Position numbers and translations under genes: made by a program. The notes beneath the pieces were generated by a model, which was not told the origin of the DNA, ran no database searches, and worked only from the letters and a program-made list of their open reading frames with translations. DNA of 27,141 bases from a virus (lineage: Duplodnaviria; Caudoviricetes): positions 1 to 27,141 of IMG/VR virus record IMGVR_UViG_3300012953_000180, one strand, 5' to 3'. Shown in pieces: positions 18,347 to 25,781 of this stretch (positions within the stretch are counted from its first letter, which is position 1; each line of letters begins with the position of its first letter).

Positions 18347-19244
18347 TGAAGTTTAGTGGGTTGTATTTTTTAGTGTAGAAATCGTTCTCGATTACTGCCT
18401 CGCCAAAGTCTCCGGCATTGCAGATTCTAGTGAACTTGCACATTCCGAATTTGGTTTCGCAGCAGTTAAAGTTAGGTAAGAAGTATTGTTTATCTTCCTT
18501 GATGTTCTTGGTGAGTAGCTCGACGAAGTTGACGAGAGTCTCAGTAAGATGCTGTTCAAAGTATCCGAGCTTTTGGTCTGAGTAATCTAGGATTGCGCTT
18601 CGCTGAAACTTGTTGCGACCAGAGCGAGACAAGAAGATACCATTGATGAGTGCTTGATAGTTCCTGTCAGGGAACAACTTGCGCATGACCAAGGTATACA
18701 ACATGAGTTGCGTGGACATTTCGTATGAAGCCAAGTAACGATCAACTGTTGTGACTGCCGTTGACTTGTGATCGCAGATAATGTTCTGACCAAAGTATGT
18801 ACCAATGAAGTCGATTGTTCCGCAAAGAACGATGTCGATGAATCCGTTCGTGTAGAATGGATAAGCAAACTTCATTTCAAGTAATGCTTCGCCTTCGTGC
18901 TTCTCTACCTTGAGTCCGTCTACGTCTGAGTAGTGGTCAAAGTATTGCGTGATACAGTTAGCAAGATGTCCTTGAGTACGCCAATCATTCTCAGGAACGT
19001 GGATGTCTGGATTAGAGAAATGTTCTAGTGCCTCGTTCAGCGACTTGGCTTTATCACCAGTTGCGTAGTAAGTCTCTAGTGCCTTGTGATATGCCGTGCC
19101 GTATTCCATCTTGTGGTTCATGTAGCTACTACGCAAACCTCTTACAGTTGTGTAGTAGAACTTGAGGGAACAGGCAGATTCTTTGTAGGCAGATGCGTCT
19201 ATGCGAAGAATGTAGCGGTCTTCAGCTTTCTCTAGTTTAATCAA
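18339..19244 (-). CDS. Cas4/RecB-like PD-(D/E)XK exonuclease
   Basis: 'GTAYHKALE', 'E.KF', 'GTIDFI', 'DHKS', 'QLMLY', plus one N-terminal Cys and C-terminal CCETKFGMCKFTRIC (Fe-S-type ligands). Confidence 0.8.
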   Translation of the reverse strand: MIKLEKAEDRYILRIDASAYKESACSLKFYYTTVRGLRSSYMNHKMEYGTAYHKALETYYATGDKAKSLNEALEHFSNPDIHVPENDWRTQGHLANCITQYFDHYSDVDGLKVEKHEGEALLEMKFAYPFYTNGFIDIVLCGTIDFIGTYFGQNIICDHKSTAVTTVDRYLASYEMSTQLMLYTLVMRKLFPDRNYQALINGIFLSRSGRNKFQRSAILDYSDQKLGYFEQHLTETLVNFVELLTKNIKEDKQYFLPNFNCCETKFGMCKFTRICNAGDFGEAVIENDFYTKKYNPLNFNE

Positions 19245-19401
19245 GTTTGATCTTTCCTCTGGTTTTCTTTTGTACTTTCAGTTCTTCTAACTCGTCCGGT
19301 CTTGAGATTTTTAAGTAAGGTGCTAGATGTTCTTGCAGCTTTGAGTCAGGCATTGCCTCTAGTTCCTCGACTGAAATCTCCAGCAGTTGTTCTATTGTCA
19401 T
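19237..19401 (-). CDS. 54-aa hypothetical protein (not in ORF track)
   Basis: MTIEQLLEISVEELEAMPDSKLQEHLAPYLKISRPDELEELKVQKKTRGKIKLD; overlaps both neighbours. Confidence 0.65.
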   Translation of the reverse strand: MTIEQLLEISVEELEAMPDSKLQEHLAPYLKISRPDELEELKVQKKTRGKIKLD

Positions 19402-19484
19402 TCAAGTCCTGATAGAATTGTGCAGATTGTAGCGAATAGAAAGTAGAGTAGTCCGAGTGCGCATAAAATATCGAAGTAAATCAT
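19398..19484 (-). CDS. 28-aa single-pass membrane peptide (not in ORF track)
   Basis: MIYFDILCALGLLYFLFATICTILSGLE; ATGA overlaps at both ends. Confidence 0.55.
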   Translation of the reverse strand: MIYFDILCALGLLYFLFATICTILSGLE

Positions 19485-19993
19485 TTCATTACGCGAACAG
19501 AAGTGTCGGTAATATCTACTTCTGAATCTTCATTAACTAGATTGTATACGAATTCACGATCAGCTTCGGAGACAGAGACGTTACGTTCAAAAAGTTCTGT
19601 TTCCTTGGCAGTCTTGTACCAAGTTTCTAGTTCGTTCTTCCACGCAATAGAATCATTAAACTCGTAGTCTATCGCTTTGGATTTCAGCATATTTTGTACT
19701 GTGCCTTTGAAGTAGATGATGATGCCATCATCAGTCTTGCGTATGGCTACCTTGTTTCGGAGTAACGCATATTTTGCTTCGTCAAAGTTGTCTAGGATAA
19801 ACTTGAATCCATCGTTGAATTTGACGTACAAAGTATTTGCTGTGTATCCGGTTTGCTGGGCGTTGACGTAAACGTCTTGTCCAGTTTCGATTAACCTATC
19901 GAGTATTGGCTGTACTTGCTTGGCCGCATTAGGACTGTAAGTAGAGCGATTAGGTTTCGGTTTTTGTTCTATTGTAATGTTTTCGATTTGCAT
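19481..19993 (-). CDS. Hypothetical protein (170 aa)
   Basis: Long ORF in the operon, no recognised motif. Confidence 0.7.
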   Translation of the reverse strand: MQIENITIEQKPKPNRSTYSPNAAKQVQPILDRLIETGQDVYVNAQQTGYTANTLYVKFNDGFKFILDNFDEAKYALLRNKVAIRKTDDGIIIYFKGTVQNMLKSKAIDYEFNDSIAWKNELETWYKTAKETELFERNVSVSEADREFVYNLVNEDSEVDITDTSVRVMK

Positions 19994-20370
19994 TGATCCA
20001 TGTATTTAGCAGCAGTTTCTTTATTACCCTTTGCTAGTTCTGCTTGTGCCAGCAAGAAGAGTTTCTTGGCTGAAAGTTCTTTGAGCGAAGGAGTCCACTT
20101 TGCAGCTTCATCCTGCGAGAAAAGAATTCCATCCGGTTTCTCACGATATAATTCATCCTTGAATCTCTCCAAGTCTGATGTTGGCAGGTTCTTTGGTAAA
20201 CCATTCTTGACCTTGGCACGAATGCGTAACTGAGCTTGTTGGTTTATTAAGGCGATTGTAGTTTTCTCACCGTAAGCATCAACAACTTCATCAATAGACT
20301 CAAAGACCGGAGTATAAAACCCGAAACCCTTGAAATCCCCGTCGATAAACTGTTCTTTTTTATAGGTCAT
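19969..20370 (-). CDS. Hypothetical protein, first gene after the sigma54 promoter
   Basis: ATG at 20370 (MTYKKEQF...), about 18 nt after the predicted start site. Confidence 0.7.
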   Translation of the reverse strand: MTYKKEQFIDGDFKGFGFYTPVFESIDEVVDAYGEKTTIALINQQAQLRIRAKVKNGLPKNLPTSDLERFKDELYREKPDGILFSQDEAAKWTPSLKELSAKKLFLLAQAELAKGNKETAAKYMDQCKSKTLQ

Positions 20371-20398
20371 TTTCAAAAAATATGACAGTTAATATATA

Positions 20399-20415
20399 AG
20401 CAACCTTCGTGCCAA
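20399..20415 (-). promoter_or_regulatory. sigma54 (RpoN) -24/-12 promoter heading the replication operon
   Basis: Minus strand TTGGCACGAAGGTTGCT matches YTGGCACG-N4-TTGCW exactly; intergenic and correctly oriented. Confidence 0.85.
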
Positions 20416-20436
20416 CTTTTTTGGGGGTAGGTGATA

Positions 20437-21144
20437 TTAATAGATGATTAATTTACCCAGCGTCTTGTAGCGTGCAAGTATAGATTGTAGTTCTCTATAG
20501 TTGCCGGTGAGTTTGGTTTGATCTAGGATTTGCAGCATCAATCCTTCGGGGTCTTCGACTTCTTGTTTCTTGAGGTAGAGAGTTATGTCGTCTGTTCTAT
20601 CTCGGAGTGGTGATGTCTTGATGATGAAGGTTGATATGCGGTAATAGAGATCGAGTCTGAAATTTCCTGCCTCGACCTCTTTGCGTAAGTCCTTGTTGGT
20701 TGAGAACACGAAGCGACAAGTTGCATTGTGTTCCTCGGCTTCGCCTATGCGACTATACTTCTTGTGTTGAATGAAGCGCAGCAGCTTGGGTTGTAGGTGT
20801 AAGGGAAGTTCTCCGATCTCATCTAGGAATAACGTGCCTTTGTGCGCTCGTTGAACGAAACCAGTTGTGTCTCTGGTCGCTCCCGTGAACGAGCCTTTGA
20901 GGTGTCCGTAAAGAAGCGATTCAAACAAGTCTTCTTGGAGTGTGGTTACGTTTACAGGAACGAAGTTATTTTGTATTTTGGCGTTCGATGCTGACTGCCT
21001 TTCTCCATGTAAGATTTGAGCGATAGTCTCCTTACCTGTGCCAGACTCCCCCATCACTAGGACGGGGGAATCGTGGCTGGACAGAATGTGCGCATGGTAG
21101 ATTTGCTCTAACATGAACTTGTCTTCTGTGATTAGTTCTTCCAT
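20437..21144 (-). CDS. Stand-alone sigma54-dependent activator (bEBP AAA+ core only)
   Basis: Walker A GESGTGKE, 'FESLLYGHLKGSFTGA' (GAFTGA loop), Walker B LFLDEIGE, 'QPKLLRFIQ', 'FRLDLYYRI', sensor II 'GNYRELQS'; no receiver/GAF domain and no HTH. Confidence 0.93.
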   Translation of the reverse strand: MEELITEDKFMLEQIYHAHILSSHDSPVLVMGESGTGKETIAQILHGERQSASNAKIQNNFVPVNVTTLQEDLFESLLYGHLKGSFTGATRDTTGFVQRAHKGTLFLDEIGELPLHLQPKLLRFIQHKKYSRIGEAEEHNATCRFVFSTNKDLRKEVEAGNFRLDLYYRISTFIIKTSPLRDRTDDITLYLKKQEVEDPEGLMLQILDQTKLTGNYRELQSILARYKTLGKLIIY

Positions 21145-21335
21145 GTAACTTCTACGCCTTCGGCATCAAGTATGTCCTCCCACTTCCAATCTTGTGGGTG
21201 TTCGTGTACTTTAGGATTCCACTTGAACTTGAGATGTACTTCAACTGTCTCTAAATTAGGTTCGTCGTGTTGCGGAGGGTCTTGGTTCTCTCGCTGGCCC
21301 CATGCATCAAGCCGTGTGAAGTTCAGTTGATTCAT
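21132..21335 (-). CDS. Hypothetical protein (67 aa)
   Basis: Overlaps both neighbours in operon orientation. Confidence 0.55.
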   Translation of the reverse strand: MNQLNFTRLDAWGQRENQDPPQHDEPNLETVEVHLKFKWNPKVHEHPQDWKWEDILDAEGVEVTWKN

Positions 21336-22086
21336 TCTGTAAGAATTTGAGTACGCTGCGATTGGTTCTTGCCACTAGCTCAAAACTTTTGTCCATCTCT
21401 GGAGTTAGGTTTTGTGTTACCGCATTGTATAGATTGTATATGTTGCGGTCTTTATCTTGCGAGTATGTGGGGTTACGCCATATATCCAAGATGTCCTTGC
21501 CTCGCCTGTCACCGATCTTCTTGGTTTCTACCAGTTTTTCGATGAGGGACTCGCCCTTTTGTTGGGTGATCTTGAAACCGTGCAAGACTCTGTAGCCTTC
21601 AACTGATGCGTCAAACTCACGCTTGGCTGAGTTGATTGAATCGTTGATGTAGTCTAAGTCTAGGTTCATTGAATGACTGCCTGACTGCTTGGTATTCATG
21701 CATGGTGATGTCATACCATTAGTGCAGACAAGACGTAATGCTCCTGCATCTATCGGTATGCCAGAAGAACGGTCGTATGAATTGCGTAACGTGACGCGCA
21801 TCCCAATGATGTCTCCTTTTGCTACTTCAGCACGTTGTTCTTTGAAGTCATAGACTGCATAGAGTCTTGCTCCATTGTTGGGGCAATAGATTTTCCTCTG
21901 AAACTCACCGAGTTTCAGACAGGATTCAACTCTGTCTATTACTTCTTTATGATGAACTATCTTGTACTTATCTGAAACAAGAGCAAGATGCTCGCCTGTG
22001 TCCTCGCGAAAGTTCTCGCGATGTCCTTCGATTACTTGTCCTCGTATGTTTAATACGGGACGACTCTTTACATTGAACTCATACAT
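21307..22086 (-). CDS. DUF932/DUF945 family protein
   Basis: 'REDTGEHLALVSDKYKIVHH.E', 'NSYDRS', 'RLVCTNGM', 'YNLYNAVT'. Confidence 0.8.
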   Translation of the reverse strand: MYEFNVKSRPVLNIRGQVIEGHRENFREDTGEHLALVSDKYKIVHHKEVIDRVESCLKLGEFQRKIYCPNNGARLYAVYDFKEQRAEVAKGDIIGMRVTLRNSYDRSSGIPIDAGALRLVCTNGMTSPCMNTKQSGSHSMNLDLDYINDSINSAKREFDASVEGYRVLHGFKITQQKGESLIEKLVETKKIGDRRGKDILDIWRNPTYSQDKDRNIYNLYNAVTQNLTPEMDKSFELVARTNRSVLKFLQNESTELHTA

Positions 22087-22304
22087 TGTTCGATTAGTTT
22101 TACTTGGTTTTTTGTTAATGCTTTATCGAATTGATAAAACAAAAATTTGTTATCACTCACACAACATTCTGCTGTACCTGTCTGATAGATTTCGTCGATT
22201 GTTTGGTCTTCATCGGATATTACAATGAGTCCAATTTCATTTTGTAACATATCAACATCAATTGGCTCAAGATGATTTACTTGCCAGATGTAAGTGTGTG
22301 CCAT
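22068..22304 (-). CDS. Hypothetical protein (78 aa)
   Basis: ATG at 22304 (MAHTYIWQ...) avoids the long overlap of the track ORF. Confidence 0.5.
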   Translation of the reverse strand: MAHTYIWQVNHLEPIDVDMLQNEIGLIVISDEDQTIDEIYQTGTAECCVSDNKFLFYQFDKALTKNQVKLIEQCMSSM

Positions 22305-22810
22305 GTTGGTTTGTCTCTGCGTGTCCATTGCGCAAACGGTTTGTCTAGTTGTATATATAGTCTGTACTTTTCTGTTACAGTTAGGTCGTTGAAGTTTGGT
22401 TGCTTGCGACAGTTCATGTCCTTCGCTATAGCTACAGCAAACTCGGTTCTTGATCCGATAGGTGCGTAAGAATCTTGGAGGTTCTCGTAGCACCAAGCAA
22501 TGAAGTCGAGAGTGTAATGGTCTTTACCCCAGCGGTATCGACGTTCTTCTCCCATTTCAATGGCATGACTTATCAGCCAGCTCATGTTGTCTTGTGTCTT
22601 GAATGCCCATTGAGTACATGGATGGTAGCGGTAGCTATGTACTCTCGGACGGCCTAGTGCGTTGCGAGGACAATCGTCTGCTGCTAGTCTGGATAAAGGA
22701 AAACCGTTGGCCAACATTTGTGCTGACTCAACGATCATCTTGTTTATATGTTTGTCGCAGAGATTACGCGCTGCAACAACTGGGTTATCATCAGTCGCAA
22801 AGATATTCAT
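22277..22810 (-). CDS. Pyrimidine dimer DNA glycosylase / endonuclease V-like protein
   Basis: 'MNIFATD.NP..AA..LCDKH..KMIVESAQML', 'HPCTQW', 'E..YRWGKDH', 'YRLY...K.FA.W' typical of the phage Pyr_excise-like family. Confidence 0.75.
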   Translation of the reverse strand: MNIFATDDNPVVAARNLCDKHINKMIVESAQMLANGFPLSRLAADDCPRNALGRPRVHSYRYHPCTQWAFKTQDNMSWLISHAIEMGEERRYRWGKDHYTLDFIAWCYENLQDSYAPIGSRTEFAVAIAKDMNCRKQPNFNDLTVTEKYRLYIQLDKPFAQWTRRDKPTWHTLTSGK

Positions 22811-22976
22811 TGTACTCTGAGCAATCCTCGTTTCTACAATACTCGACTATTTTTTGACCGCAACTTTCGCAGTCTACTGGTTGTTCGCCTGTTCCGAAGC
22901 AGTCAGCACACTCGTAAGTTAGAGATGATCCTGCCACGTTTAAGTAACCTCTGCCTTTACACCATTCGCAACTCAT
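22791..22976 (-). CDS. Small Cys-rich zinc-finger protein (DnaJ-type CxxCxGxG repeats)
   Basis: CEWCKGRG, CADCFGTG, CESCG, CRNEDC; ATG at 22976 with ATGA overlap. Confidence 0.65.
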   Translation of the reverse strand: MSCEWCKGRGYLNVAGSSLTYECADCFGTGEQPVDCESCGQKIVEYCRNEDCSEYNEYLCD

Positions 22977-23155
22977 CGTTTTTGTTTCTTTGCCTTGATG
23001 ATGCAACGTGTCAATGATCCGTGCCAATTGTCTTGGCGTAAGGATTTACTAGGATTTTCGATGAGGCTTGGACTATCTATGCGAGTCCAGCTTCTTGCTT
23101 TGTCTGGTATGTCTACCAGTTCTACGTTTCCATTAACTATTGTTATCGCTTTCAT
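22973..23155 (-). CDS. Hypothetical protein (60 aa)
   Basis: Contiguous ORF in the early-type operon. Confidence 0.55.
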   Translation of the reverse strand: MKAITIVNGNVELVDIPDKARSWTRIDSPSLIENPSKSLRQDNWHGSLTRCIIKAKKQKR

Positions 23156-23441
23156 TGAATTTTAGGTAGTCAGTCTTGAACAAGTCGTGTACCCATACTG
23201 GCTTGTGTTTATTTATGTATTCTTCGTTGCCTTGTATTGAGTAATCTTGTGGGCCGAGTATTTCCATCTCCGGTAGATCACAATGTGCAACGTGTTCTTT
23301 GTGGTATTCACGCCATTCTGGATGATTGATTATAGTCTCCAATTCGTATCGCTGCAAGCTGCACTCACGCAACGCGCTGATAGCCGTTAGACGGGAACGG
23401 TTCGGATGTTTGATTGCTACGGTCAAAGATGTATTGCTCAT
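23133..23441 (-). CDS. Hypothetical protein (start uncertain, probably near 23340-23360)
   Basis: Fills the gap in the operon; the 5' part overlaps the upstream gene. Confidence 0.5.
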   Translation of the reverse strand: MSNTSLTVAIKHPNRSRLTAISALRECSLQRYELETIINHPEWREYHKEHVAHCDLPEMEILGPQDYSIQGNEEYINKHKPVWVHDLFKTDYLKFNESDNNS

Positions 23442-23709
23442 GTTTCTCTTGATATAAGTGTTTCTGGATGTTTAATGTGTCGAGTAATCCGTTCAGTCTC
23501 TCGCGAGTTGTCATAGTAGGCCAACCACAAAGTGATATGTGAAGCGAGTCTACTGTCTGTTCTGCGATACAATGCCCGTGCAAGTAAAGTTGCGTTACAT
23601 TGTCGTCTGCGAATCGCAGGTCTTTTTTGACTTCGACGCGAGTGTTGTCACGACTGAAGTGTTTGCCTTGTTTGAATGCGCGTGCTGCGTCTTGTGTTAT
23701 TTTTCTCAT
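23365..23709 (-). CDS. Hypothetical phage early protein (114 aa)
   Basis: 'MRKIT..A..AF', 'LYLHGHCIA', 'GWPTMTTRERLNGLL' pattern I recall from uncharacterised aquatic phage proteins; ATGA overlap. Confidence 0.7.
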   Translation of the reverse strand: MRKITQDAARAFKQGKHFSRDNTRVEVKKDLRFADDNVTQLYLHGHCIAEQTVDSLHISLCGWPTMTTRERLNGLLDTLNIQKHLYQEKHEQYIFDRSNQTSEPFPSNGYQRVA

Positions 23710-24089
23710 TTGTAGTTTTTGTTTTTGTAGTTGTTGTAGTCTTTATGTAAGGGGTAATTGATTACCCAATCGTATAGTTCTTTGTTATCGTTGTAGAGAT
23801 CGGATAGAATGCCGGAGTAAAGCGTCTTTACTGGCGAACTGATCTTGACTTTGAATTTATTGCTGAAGCTGAAGTCAGGTTGACTACTTCTTATCTTGTT
23901 AGAGTAGCCGCCTTGGCATCTGCGAATGTTGGTTGATATTTTACCATCGCCCCAAATGTCTTTACCTAGTGCAGATTGTAGTGAGATGCCGCGACTTAAT
24001 TCTCTCATAAGAGACTCGCGTTCTTCGACTTGTTTACTTATCTTTTCGGATAGTACTTCCAGTTTAACGATAGATTCAGACATTTTCAT
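23706..24089 (-). CDS. Hypothetical protein (127 aa)
   Basis: Contiguous ORF with an N-terminal coiled coil. Confidence 0.6.
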   Translation of the reverse strand: MKMSESIVKLEVLSEKISKQVEERESLMRELSRGISLQSALGKDIWGDGKISTNIRRCQGGYSNKIRSSQPDFSFSNKFKVKISSPVKTLYSGILSDLYNDNKELYDWVINYPLHKDYNNYKNKNYK

Positions 24090-24348
24090 GATTTGTTAAA
24101 GTTGTGTAAGTTGCGAGAGAGTAGCGTTCACCGGCAAGATTAGTTAAGCAGGATTCGCATGGTTCTTTTGAGAAGTCGTCTGTTTTGTCTCCGGTGATTA
24201 GGTAGCCGTGCTTGGCTAGTTTATCGAGTCCGTTATTTATTTGTGCGTATCTTGTTTGCGCTTCTTTTCCTTGGTAGTGGTAGTCTAGAAAGGATGCGTC
24301 TCCGGTTGCGTTGAGCGCGTGACAGTCGGTACAGATTGAAAATTTCAT
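24076..24348 (-). CDS. Hypothetical protein with two CxxC motifs
   Basis: CTDC ... CESC; ATG directly after a hairpin. Confidence 0.65.
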   Translation of the reverse strand: MKFSICTDCHALNATGDASFLDYHYQGKEAQTRYAQINNGLDKLAKHGYLITGDKTDDFSKEPCESCLTNLAGERYSLATYTTLTNHENV

Positions 24349-24375
24349 AAGAAGAAAGGGGGGATTTCTCCCCCC
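24349..24375 (-). terminator. Intrinsic terminator-like hairpin
   Basis: GGGGGGA-GAAA-TCCCCCC-TTTCTTCTT. Confidence 0.75.
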
Positions 24376-24381
24376 GTTTGA

Positions 24382-24972
24382 TTATTTGAATAGAGCGTCT
24401 GCCTCTGCATCAAGGGCATCAATCTTGGTTTGGATTGTCGCAGCCTTTTCAGCGGATTTTTCCTTGCCGTGTTTGATTTGAAGCGCACGCCGTTCGACGA
24501 AGATTTCTTGCATTCTTTGGGCGCGAGTTTCGGAGGCTTCGAGCTTCTTGGTTAGTGCTGCTTTGCCGTCTGACTTTGCACGTTCTTTGAATGCGTCCCC
24601 GTCAAGTGCTTGCGCAATGTTGGAGAGTTTTTCAGCGTCCGTGTAGGAATCGGTTCGTTTGCCGTCTACTGACTTCTTTTGAACGGTTTTATATTTGCCG
24701 TTATTGAGTCGGTAGAGACAAGCGTCCCTGATCCATGAATCGGCATCATTGTCGAGGACTCCAGCTTTGTTAAGTGCTGTAATCCAGTCGCGTATGTCGT
24801 TTATGTCGTTGGTCGAGTCGCTTCCTGTTTCATGCGCCCAGTACTTGAACGGGCCGTCCTGTCCCTTGGTTGATTCAAGGAGAGTCAAGTCAAGGTTTGC
24901 GAGTGTTTCTTCGTTGTTAACCAAGGCGAGTTGGGCCTTGCCGTTTTCGTTCGTTATGATTTTGGTTTTCAT
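24382..24972 (-). CDS. Hypothetical early protein (196 aa)
   Basis: Own promoter upstream and terminator downstream; C-terminal coiled coil. Confidence 0.8.
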   Translation of the reverse strand: MKTKIITNENGKAQLALVNNEETLANLDLTLLESTKGQDGPFKYWAHETGSDSTNDINDIRDWITALNKAGVLDNDADSWIRDACLYRLNNGKYKTVQKKSVDGKRTDSYTDAEKLSNIAQALDGDAFKERAKSDGKAALTKKLEASETRAQRMQEIFVERRALQIKHGKEKSAEKAATIQTKIDALDAEADALFK

Positions 24973-24993
24973 ACTATGCCCGAAGGCGAGACA

Positions 24994-25021
24994 AGATTAG
25001 CAGAGGGGAGAAAGGTGTCAA
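24994..25021 (-). promoter_or_regulatory. sigma70-type promoter (early cassette 3)
   Basis: TTGACA-N16-TAATCT with extended TG, AT-rich UP region, then GCC-TTCG-GGC hairpin and ATG. Confidence 0.75.
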
Positions 25022-25082
25022 CTTTTATATGAGATTTATTGAAAAAAATATTTTTTGTATATATTGATTTGCTCATGGTTGT

Positions 25083-25238
25083 GTTGACTATTAAATTTAT
25101 TTATTTAGATTAATCAACGGGGGGTATGCCCTTCTAGTAGTCTATATATATAAAGGTATATATATTTTTTTTCTATTCTATCAATGTGTCAAGGTGGGGG
25201 TGGTTGATTAATGTAAATAAATAAATTTAATAATCAAC
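25083..25238. repeat. 36-bp AT-rich inverted repeat (34/36) with 84-bp spacer
   Basis: 25083-25118 GTTGACTATTAAATTTATTTATTTAGATTAATCAAC versus 25203-25238 GTTGATTAATGTAAATAAATAAATTTAATAATCAAC. Confidence 0.9.
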
Positions 25239-25270
25239 CTTGCCCCGTTTAATTACATTAACTAAATAAG

Positions 25271-25290
25271 AAAAAACCCCCTTTCGGGGG
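25271..25290 (-). terminator. Intrinsic terminator
   Basis: CCCCC-GAAA-GGGGG-TTTTTT just after the stop at 25298. Confidence 0.8.
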
Positions 25291-25297
25291 CTGTCGT

Positions 25298-25498
25298 TTA
25301 TTTGTGTTTCTGCTCTATTAGTTCCCGTATTCTTTTGTCGCGTTCTTCTAGTTCTTCGGCGTGCTTTTCTTGTATATCGTCCCACGCTTTTTTGATCTCA
25401 TCAACTTCCCATCTAGTTGGGGCGATATCATCAATCAATCGCTTGATGCTTTCGGTAGCTTCGACTTTGCTTTTTAAGTTATTAATGTAGTAATGCAT
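25298..25498 (-). CDS. Hypothetical coiled-coil protein (66 aa)
   Basis: ATG at 25498 (MHYYINNLK...), bounded by two hairpins. Confidence 0.6.
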   Translation of the reverse strand: MHYYINNLKSKVEATESIKRLIDDIAPTRWEVDEIKKAWDDIQEKHAEELEERDKRIRELIEQKHK

Positions 25499-25501
25499 TG
25501 G

Positions 25502-25521
25502 AAAAAAGGGGCTTTCGCCCC
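25502..25521 (-). terminator. Intrinsic terminator
   Basis: GGGGC-GAAA-GCCCC-TTTTTT. Confidence 0.75.
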
Positions 25522-25526
25522 GGTTA

Positions 25527-25730
25527 TTATGTGTCAAGTGAAACGCTAATGTCTCCGTCGTTTACCATATCGCGAACCGTTGTTCGGATTTCTTCGCGCC
25601 GGTCGTCCTCATCGGGTTGTGAATCTAGTTCATCAACCTTCTTTTCAATTGCTTTCTGGATGATCTGGATCATTTCCGTTACAAAGTAATCGGAAAGACT
25701 CTCAATTTGTTCTGTAGTTTTTTTATTCAT
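25527..25730 (-). CDS. Acidic hypothetical protein (67 aa)
   Basis: ATG at 25730 (MNKKTTEQ...) follows promoter cassette 2; D/E-rich. Confidence 0.7.
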   Translation of the reverse strand: MNKKTTEQIESLSDYFVTEMIQIIQKAIEKKVDELDSQPDEDDRREEIRTTVRDMVNDGDISVSLDT

Positions 25731-25753
25731 GTTTAGTGCCATGCGGCAAGGAC

Positions 25754-25781
25754 AGGTTGACATAAACAACAAATATGTCAA
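25754..25781 (-). promoter_or_regulatory. sigma70-type promoter (early cassette 2) overlapping a 9-9-9 palindrome
   Basis: TTGACA-N16-CAACCT with TG extension, then GCC-GCAT-GGC and ATG; GTTGACATA-N9-TATGTCAAC at 25756-25782. Confidence 0.6.

Noticed and set aside
18339-19244. Cas4-like nuclease as evidence of a CRISPR-Cas system
   Set aside because: No cas1/cas2 or array; context is the ordinary phage exonuclease-Sak4-SSB recombination module.
25186-25192. TTGACA on the minus strand inside the inverted-repeat spacer as a fifth early promoter
   Set aside because: No -10 hexamer at 16-18 bp and no hairpin-ATG cassette downstream.
25083-25238. 36-nt GTTG...CAAC units resembling type II-C/VI-B CRISPR repeats
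   Set aside because: Only two copies, in inverted orientation, with an 84-bp spacer; not an array.
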